From a virus (Duplodnaviria > Caudoviricetes): 64,000 nt of DNA. The DNA is taken from positions 1,341 to 65,340 of the IMG/VR virus record IMGVR_UViG_2925677529_000001; one strand, written 5' to 3'. Positions 58,084-64,000 of this stretch are shown here, in pieces. Position 1 is the first letter of the stretch; each line of letters starts with the position of its first letter. A program made the position numbers and the translations under genes. Under the pieces are notes generated by a model. That model was not told the origin of the DNA and did no database searches. It saw nothing but the letters and a program-made list of their open reading frames with translations.

Positions 58084-58355
58084 CGGGTCACCGCCGCAAC
58101 GTGATAGGCGGCGATCGCCTGCACCGCGTACGCAGCTTCAGCGTGGGTGGGGACGAAGAACGGCGCCAGATAGTGCTGGCCGATCTGCCGGTACGCCTCA
58201 CCCGCCGGGGAGACCATCCAATGCCCGTCGTCACCCATCGGGGTGGCGGACACGATGACCGTGTCTCCGAACGTGGCGCGGATCAGCGGTTTCGGCCTGT
58301 CCTCACACTCCAACAGGGTCTCGATCCGGGGTTGAGCTAACATCAGGGTTGACAC
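58080..58355 (-). CDS. Hypothetical protein
   Basis: GAGG SD; ATGA-type overlap downstream. Confidence 0.55.
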   Translation of the reverse strand: MSTLMLAQPRIETLLECEDRPKPLIRATFGDTVIVSATPMGDDGHWMVSPAGEAYRQIGQHYLAPFFVPTHAEAAYAVQAIAAYHVAAVTR

Positions 58356-58390
58356 TGGGTTTCCTCTCTGCGGGGTGTTACTGGTGTCGT

Positions 58391-58421
58391 GGCCCGCCCC
58401 GGCGCACACCGGGCGCGGGCC
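58391..58421. terminator. GC-rich hairpin inside the early operon
   Basis: GGCCCGC-CCCGG/CCGGG-C-GCGGGCC; T-tract on the plus side. Confidence 0.5.
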
Positions 58422-58445
58422 GCTTACTTTTTGGTGATGTGGGAT

Positions 58446-58769
58446 TCAACTCCCGAGCACCCCTGCGCCCGGAGTTGCGTTGATCCGCTGCTGCACAAAC
58501 CGGATGCGCTGCTGCAGCGAAAGCATCGGCACACGGCCAAACATCCGTATCGCCACCAACGCACTGAGCGCGACGTCGGCTAGTTCATCGACCACATCAG
58601 ATTGCTGCGCGCACTTACCTTTACGCGGATTCATGCCGCTGTAATTCAGGTATATCTGTGCGGCTTCCCCGGCCTCCTCGGACACCTTCATGATCTGCGC
58701 CCACAAAGGGGTGTTGTGGCTGTCGATCCAGTCGGTTATCTCTGCAATCGCCTCATTGGTAGTGGTCAT
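58446..58769 (-). CDS. MazG-like nucleotide pyrophosphohydrolase
   Basis: KVSEEAGEA..NPRKG..DELADV. Confidence 0.82.
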   Translation of the reverse strand: MTTTNEAIAEITDWIDSHNTPLWAQIMKVSEEAGEAAQIYLNYSGMNPRKGKCAQQSDVVDELADVALSALVAIRMFGRVPMLSLQQRIRFVQQRINATPGAGVLGS

Positions 58770-59838
58770 TCCTCAACACCACCCAGGTAGTTATCCAGCT
58801 CGTTTGCGCAGTTCCGGTATGCGTTTCGCACCGAGTTCGGTTGGGCTTCGTCAGCGGCGATCTGATACCACCGCTCCATGAACACCTCTAGTGGCGTGGG
58901 GGATTCACCCGCAACCACCGGAGGCACGGGAATGAGCTCGGCAGCGGCTTCGTCCTGGCACTGAACGCACCTGAAGTCGAACGGGCCAAAAGAGCCGGCA
59001 TAGAAGCCGTGAGCGCAGGTTGGTTGCCCGGGGGGTGCCGACTGGGGAATGTCGGATGCACCCCCCGGGCCTTCATCACCCACCGTTGGCGCGGTTACGG
59101 GTGACGGGTCTGCCGCTGCGCTGACGGCGGCAGAGTCTTCAGGGCGGAACCGCCGCCGCATCTCGGCGAAGTAGTCGGCCCACATCGTTGATAACAGGCC
59201 CTCGTCCGCTTCGGCTTCGTCGCAGATGTCCTCAGCTTCGAGGGGGCACTGGGAATTCGGGCATGTGCACGAACCATCTATGCCCGCGGTGTCGAGGTAG
59301 TCGCCCGCCTCCCGCTCCGAGAACCCTGTGCGCTGCTCACGGATCGCATCCGAGACCGCGTCGATCAAATCGGCTGTGCCACGCAGAATGTTGGCCAGAT
59401 CGCTCACCGAGTCACCGCCTGGCCCAGGTACGGCTCAACCGGGCGAGCGGCCAACTGTTCCTTCAGCAGCACGACCTCATCGCGCGCCGAATTCCGCTCG
59501 TCGGTGACCACCTCGACCTCGTCGCGCAACTCATCGACCCGCACCACCAGCTCGTCCCGCTCGTCGCGGATCCGGTCCTGATCCGACAGCAGATGCTCGA
59601 ACTCGCGGGACATGGCCGCGTTCGCCTCGCACGCCGTCCTGAGCAGCGGGCCCAAGTTCCCGTGCTCGGCCAGAACGTCGTTCAGCTCCTCACGCGTCGC
59701 CTGCAACTCAGCCATCGCCTCGTCGTAGGTCAGTGGCATCGGCCAGTGCTCCGGCGACATACCCACGCGGCGCTGCGCAGGCCCAGTGAAGGCGCGGTCA
59801 TGCGCGTCGACCGCCGCGGACAGATCAGTCGTGGACAT
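58766..59838 (-). CDS. Two hypothetical genes (58766..59407; 59404..59838 coiled coil)
   Basis: Coupled ORFs. Confidence 0.6.
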
Positions 59839-60047
59839 CAGGCGCCCACCTCCGCCAGCTCACGGGGGGTTGACGTCGGCAGACCCGCAATGAAAGTCGC
59901 GATCTGCTCATCGGTGGAGAACCGCCGCGTCCCGATCAATTTGGACTCCAGAGCCCCGGACGCCCACAGCGCGAACACCTTCGCGCGGCTGATACCACCG
60001 AGCTTGGATGCCGTCGACTGCCAGTTGTTCAACCAGTTGTCGCTCAT
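59838..60047 (-). CDS. Excisionase-like HTH protein
   Basis: KLGGISRAKVFALWASGALESKLIGTRRF. Confidence 0.75.
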   Translation of the reverse strand: MSDNWLNNWQSTASKLGGISRAKVFALWASGALESKLIGTRRFSTDEQIATFIAGLPTSTPRELAEVGA

Positions 60048-60319
60048 GCCGGCCTCACCCGGAACTCGGACGGGAATGCCCTGATGTGCGCACCAAGTGC
60101 GTTGTGCAGCTTCACGACCTCGGACGAGTCCAACGTGAACGGCCCGATCTCAACGGCAGGCCCGGACACAGCCGACAGGACCGAGCGCACCGGGATCGAC
60201 ACACACTGGTCGGTCCGGTCGTCGTGGGGCTCCAAGATGGTGGGCTGATCCACCACCTGGCGGAAGTCGTCGAACTCGCCGGTGCGATCAACCAACGGAA
60301 AGCGATGCAGTGTCCTCAC
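60044..60319 (-). CDS. Hypothetical protein
   Basis: Coupled to the antirepressor gene. Confidence 0.6.
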   Translation of the reverse strand: MRTLHRFPLVDRTGEFDDFRQVVDQPTILEPHDDRTDQCVSIPVRSVLSAVSGPAVEIGPFTLDSSEVVKLHNALGAHIRAFPSEFRVRPA

Positions 60320-61128
60320 GCGTCGCCGCCTTGCACCAGTCGCAATGCGGAATCAGCAACGACGTTGGCGTAGTGCTTGGCCCAAACCGAGTCGAACAAT
60401 GGGCGGTCAGACTCGGTGTAGGCGTACACCTTGCGGACGGTGCCGTTCGGGAGCGTCTGGTGATGCTGTTCCGGTGCGCGGTCGTGCTCCACGATGTACC
60501 GGGCCTTGAGACGCCGGCCGAACCCGGACGCCTTCGCCTCGATGAGTGACCGCTGCAGGCCCTTGCTGGCGAGGTAGTCCGAGACGTACAGCGGCACGTC
60601 GGCCGGCTCAATCTCCGGAGCTTCACCGAGGGCGCGGGCCAGGACGATTCGCGCCTTGGACTCCAGGTGCTTCGGGTCGATCAGACCCTTGGCGAGTTGC
60701 AGGACCTCGATTTGGCCGCGAGCTTGCCGGGTGAGTCGGTCGAGCTGGTCCTCGGTGGCGCGCGGGTTGATCGCGCCGCCCTCGTTGAAATAGGCGTCGA
60801 GCGCGTCGGCGGCTTCGGCTTGGAAGGCGATCAGCACGGGGCGCGCGTCGGACGAGACCCGATTCTCGTCGATTCCGCCGAGCCACATCGTGAAGGTGCG
60901 GCGGTCGATCATTGTCATTTCGCGCGGCTTGCCGTCCTCGGCAACCGACACCTCCTGGGTGACGGTTGCCCAAGACCGAGCATTCAGCTTGCGGCGCTGC
61001 GAGTCCGTCGCAAGTCCGATCGCCTCGCAGGCATGGCGCAGGGAGACAATCTCGCGGCCGCTGACGCGCGCCGCCATGACCTTGCGGTCTGTTCCGGGGA
61101 TTGCGATCTGAACAAGTTCGGCGGTCAT
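60316..61128 (-). CDS. Antirepressor (P22 Ant N-terminal-like domain)
   Basis: LRHACEAIGL..QRRKL..AEDGKPREM..MWL..FQAEAADAL. Confidence 0.85.
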   Translation of the reverse strand: MTAELVQIAIPGTDRKVMAARVSGREIVSLRHACEAIGLATDSQRRKLNARSWATVTQEVSVAEDGKPREMTMIDRRTFTMWLGGIDENRVSSDARPVLIAFQAEAADALDAYFNEGGAINPRATEDQLDRLTRQARGQIEVLQLAKGLIDPKHLESKARIVLARALGEAPEIEPADVPLYVSDYLASKGLQRSLIEAKASGFGRRLKARYIVEHDRAPEQHHQTLPNGTVRKVYAYTESDRPLFDSVWAKHYANVVADSALRLVQGGDA

Positions 61129-61400
61129 CAGGCCACCCGCTCCCGTGACGACTTCAACGGTTCGGGCTGCCACACGTTCAGCGACGACAGTCCGAGCGCC
61201 TTGGCCCAGGCGGTCATAAGCGGGTTGCTGGCCCGCTTGTAGCCGAGTTCGACGTTTCGGATGGTGTCGGGGTGGACACCGTCGACTCCGTTTTCGGCGA
61301 TTCGATCGATGAGTTGGTTCACGCTGAGTCCGTGCGCTTCGCGGAGATCCCGGATTCGAATCTGCGGACCGATTGGCCTGGCGCTGTCTTTATCGGGCAT
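61128..61400 (-). CDS. cro: Cro-like XRE HTH protein
   Basis: IRDLREAHGLS..TIRNVELG; divergent from the repressor. Confidence 0.8.
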   Translation of the reverse strand: MPDKDSARPIGPQIRIRDLREAHGLSVNQLIDRIAENGVDGVHPDTIRNVELGYKRASNPLMTAWAKALGLSSLNVWQPEPLKSSRERVA

Positions 61401-61579
61401 GGCGCTAACTGTAGCGACAGGTTCGGACAGGAGCAAGCATTTGGCGCTAGATCTGTCGATTTCTGTCCATTGACCTGCGGAATGACAGACATGTCATTAC
61501 ATGTCGGAACCGCTACCAAGCGCTAGACCTGTCAAACTGTCGCTAGACCTGTCACACCCTGTTGCGCAACACTGTTCCC
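61401..61579. promoter_or_regulatory. Lysis-lysogeny switch: divergent promoters and operators
   Basis: Minus strand TTGCTC-17-TACAGT-7-ATG; CGCTAGAYCTGTC repeats at 61445, 61521, 61541. Confidence 0.75.
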
Positions 61580-62350
61580 ATGACCGCAGAAGAGTGGGAA
61601 CGGCTCGCTGATTTCGTGTCCGCACGAATAGACGAGCTCGACGTAACACAGGCGCAGATACAGCAGCGCGGAGGACCCAGCCCGGCCAAGGTCCGTGAAG
61701 TCACCTCACGCAGGGCAACGGCGATGAGCCCAAGTAAGCGACGTGATCTAGAACGCGCGCTCGAATGGGCGCCACGGAGTATCGATGACGTACTTGCCGG
61801 CGGTGATCCAACGCCGATGCAGCGCCCCACCGTTGCCGCCGAGGCTGAACCACCTCCAGCTATGGACCTCAGTCGCGGAGTAATCGACGATCTGATCAAC
61901 ACCGTTGGCCGGACCCGGGAATCGCCGCCGATCGACAGGGCCACGGAGATCTTCCGTGTGATCGCCAAGTCGGTGAACATCACCCGGAACACGTTGGTCC
62001 ACGAGACCGGCGCCTCCGGCCGGGCGAATGCCATCAACTCGATATATGCAGCGACTAACGCGATCCCCTATATGCGGGACGCACTCGAAGAGATCAGAGG
62101 AGAAAGCCATGACGTGGAAACTGCGCCGGAATCGGATGCACAAACGGAAGGCCAGCAAGGCCAGGAGGCTGGCGTCGACGAAGCCGCTGATGCGGAGTCA
62201 GCCAGGCCGGCCGGAGACCACCACCCGCCATCAGGCACCGAGTCGCCGACGAAGCCGCGGCGACGAGACGCATCCCAGATTCAGGACCGGATTCCGAGAT
62301 CGGCGAAGGCTGGTAAGCGTGGCAAGGACACGACGGGCTTCGATCAATGA
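61580..62350 (+). CDS. Immunity repressor
   Basis: WERLA..RIDELD.TQ....RGGPS..LERALEW..GGDP N-terminal HTH; divergent from cro. Confidence 0.8.
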   Translation: MTAEEWERLADFVSARIDELDVTQAQIQQRGGPSPAKVREVTSRRATAMSPSKRRDLERALEWAPRSIDDVLAGGDPTPMQRPTVAAEAEPPPAMDLSRGVIDDLINTVGRTRESPPIDRATEIFRVIAKSVNITRNTLVHETGASGRANAINSIYAATNAIPYMRDALEEIRGESHDVETAPESDAQTEGQQGQEAGVDEAADAESARPAGDHHPPSGTESPTKPRRRDASQIQDRIPRSAKAGKRGKDTTGFDQ

Positions 62351-62425
62351 CCACTCAGTCGGGGGCATCACGTCCATCTCGGCGTGGATCAAATCGAATG
62401 TGGCACTTAGCTCGTCGTCGTCCAT
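62231..62425 (-). CDS. Possible small ORF antisense to the repressor 3' end
   Basis: GAGGGG SD 8 nt before the ATG; MDDDELSATFDLIH..EWSLIEARRVL. Confidence 0.35.
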   Translation of the reverse strand: MDDDELSATFDLIHAEMDVMPPTEWSLIEARRVLATLTSLRRSRNPVLNLGCVSSPRLRRRLGA

Positions 62426-62800
62426 CAAGGTTTCCCCTCTTGTCCTGCTCAACTGCTGTGAGGAGGAGAGTAGATGGTTGCGCCGACAAACTTTTGACGA
62501 CCCAGCAAATTACAGATGTGTCATTTGACCTGCACAAACAGTGAATGCTGGCTACTTAGAAACCCGTTACCCAACAGCCAACCTTCCCGAGTTAGCGGTG
62601 CCTTAAAACTGCGGGGGGGGGGCGTCTTTTGCGTAGTTGTTTTTCAAACGAACCCGCGGTGCAGGTATGTTTCGCCGCTTCGACCTGATCGATCGCGACA
62701 CCCCACTACTGCACGCACCGCCAGTCAGAACACGCGTTGCCAGGTAGTCCACTGGCGAAATCTCAGCCGCGAAACTGAAAACATACTGAGGGAGAAACCG

Positions 62801-64000
62801 ATGCCCCGTCAACGGCTCGCGCCGGGCGAGCACGGCAAGATCACCACGACCCGCAAGGACAGCACTTGGTATGCCACAACCTATGTGCGGCTGCACACCG
62901 GGAAGCTGCGCGAGCGAGAGGCCTCCTCAGGGAAGTCGGCAGAGGACGCGCGCCGCACCTTGTTGCGGCGGATCAAGACCGAGCTGGAATCCAACGCGCC
63001 GGCCGGGGTCATCGGGAACCGGACCACACTGTCCGAACTGTTCGAGGTGTGGATCGCAGCGAAGATCACCGAGGACGGGCTGAAGCCTCAGACCGAGGCC
63101 CAGTATCAGAGGGCGTGGCGGCTGCATGGAAGTGCGCAGCTCGGCGAGCTGCGGATCTCAGAGCTGACGACTAGCCGCGCGGACGCTCACCTCAAGGCAT
63201 TGCCGGCGGGACCATCGACGCAGCTACGGACCGTGCTGGCCGGCATGTTCAGCCTGGCCGCCCGGTTCGACGTGGTGCGGCATAGCCCGATCGCTGAGGC
63301 CCGGGCCACGGCGGCAGAAAAGAAACCTGCCCGATCGTTGACCTCGGCAGAACTGGACCGAGTGCGTGAGGCGGTCAGGGTGTATTGCGAACTGAGTCCA
63401 GCTCGGGGCAAGCGCGCGGCGGGAGCGGGACGTCAGAAAGGCCCGATGTTGCGTGCGTTCGTGGAGTTGCTCGCCGCGACGGGTGTCCGCCCGGGTGAGG
63501 TGTTGGCTATCCAGTGGCCGGAGGTGGATCTGCTGGGTGACCCGCCGACGGTAACTGTGTCGGGGACGCTGCTCGATCACGGTGCGATTCCGGGCAAGCC
63601 CCTGCATCGGCAGGACTCACGGAAGAAGGATGCGCCGTCGCACACGGTGATCTTGCCGAAGTTCAGCGTCGAGGTGTTGACGGAGCTGTTCGGCCGGACG
63701 GGCAGTGTGGAGGATGGGCCGGTGTTGGCCAGTTCGTCTGGCGGCTGGGTGTCGCTGTCGAGCATCTCGAAGCAGCTTCGGGCGGCGCTCAAGCCGCACC
63801 CTGATCTTGCGTGGGTGACGCCGCACTCGTTCCGGCGGTCGGTAGCCACGGTGGTTCGCGACGGCCTCGGTATCGAGGCGGCACAAGCGCAGTTGTCGCA
63901 CAGCCAACTGTCGACGACGGAACACCACTATGCGCAGCGGAGAACGATGGGACCCGACGCCCGGGCGGTCCTCGACAAGTGGGCAGGTCAACCAGGGTGA
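62801..64000 (+). CDS. int: Tyrosine integrase
   Basis: TGVRPGE, HSFRR, LSH, TTEHHY catalytic motifs; GGGAG SD. Confidence 0.93.
   Translation: MPRQRLAPGEHGKITTTRKDSTWYATTYVRLHTGKLREREASSGKSAEDARRTLLRRIKTELESNAPAGVIGNRTTLSELFEVWIAAKITEDGLKPQTEAQYQRAWRLHGSAQLGELRISELTTSRADAHLKALPAGPSTQLRTVLAGMFSLAARFDVVRHSPIAEARATAAEKKPARSLTSAELDRVREAVRVYCELSPARGKRAAGAGRQKGPMLRAFVELLAATGVRPGEVLAIQWPEVDLLGDPPTVTVSGTLLDHGAIPGKPLHRQDSRKKDAPSHTVILPKFSVEVLTELFGRTGSVEDGPVLASSSGGWVSLSSISKQLRAALKPHPDLAWVTPHSFRRSVATVVRDGLGIEAAQAQLSHSQLSTTEHHYAQRRTMGPDARAVLDKWAGQPG

Larger units (their letters stand above)
333..64000 (-). mobile_element. Temperate actinophage/prophage with cluster-B-like virion genes, apparently near-complete
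   Basis: Contiguous integrase-repressor-cro-recombination-replication-packaging-head-tail-lysis modules; att sites and exact boundaries not located. Confidence 0.93.

Noticed and set aside
470-60084. Many long plus-strand ORFs (e.g. 19850..21460, 26960..28483, 28410..30239, 50824..52389)
   Set aside because: Shadow frames opposite clear minus-strand genes in GC-rich DNA; no motifs
61408-61429. PafBC-like motif (TGTCCG-N10-TACAGT) in the cro promoter
   Set aside because: Mismatch in the core, overlaps operator-like CTGTC units, and a normal -35 at 17 bp already explains the promoter
62516-62800. 95-aa N-terminal extension of the integrase, possibly phase-varied by the G10 run
   Set aside because: Good SD and typical MPRQRL..GEHG start at 62801; upstream part is not protein-like
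1-64000. att sites, tRNA/rRNA genes, reverse transcriptase or DGR
   Set aside because: None recognised by eye; the window ends at the integrase stop, so att may lie outside

Overview
The whole window is one ~64 kb, high-GC temperate actinobacteriophage (most likely a mycobacterial prophage), read mostly on the minus strand. From the right end it holds: a tyrosine integrase and immunity repressor (+), then Cro, antirepressor and Xis. An early region follows with RecE/RecT, a DEDD exonuclease, a Holliday junction resolvase, a C5 methyltransferase, ASCH, WhiB, GIY-YIG and a replication initiator carrying internal iterons. Next come TerS, an accessory island (res site, serine resolvase, membrane protein, toxin-antitoxin pair), TerL, portal, a MuF/protease fusion, separate hexamer and pentamer capsid genes (mycobacteriophage cluster-B-like virion module), tail genes and a LysA/LysB cassette. 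Four signals stand out. (1) A C_CCA_AAA -1 slippery site plus stem-loop at the last codons of the MuF/protease gene would fuse it to an otherwise orphan CdiA-like PD-(D/E)XK nuclease domain. (2) About 15 late promoters share a xxCACC-N9-(-10)-N6-8-start architecture, mostly leaderless. (3) The tail assembly chaperone appears to have replaced the G/GT frameshift with a distant gene duplicate. (4) A probable -1 extension of the major tail protein adds a PGxxLYP motif. All functional calls come from motif recognition and synteny only; no searches were run and att sites were not identified.
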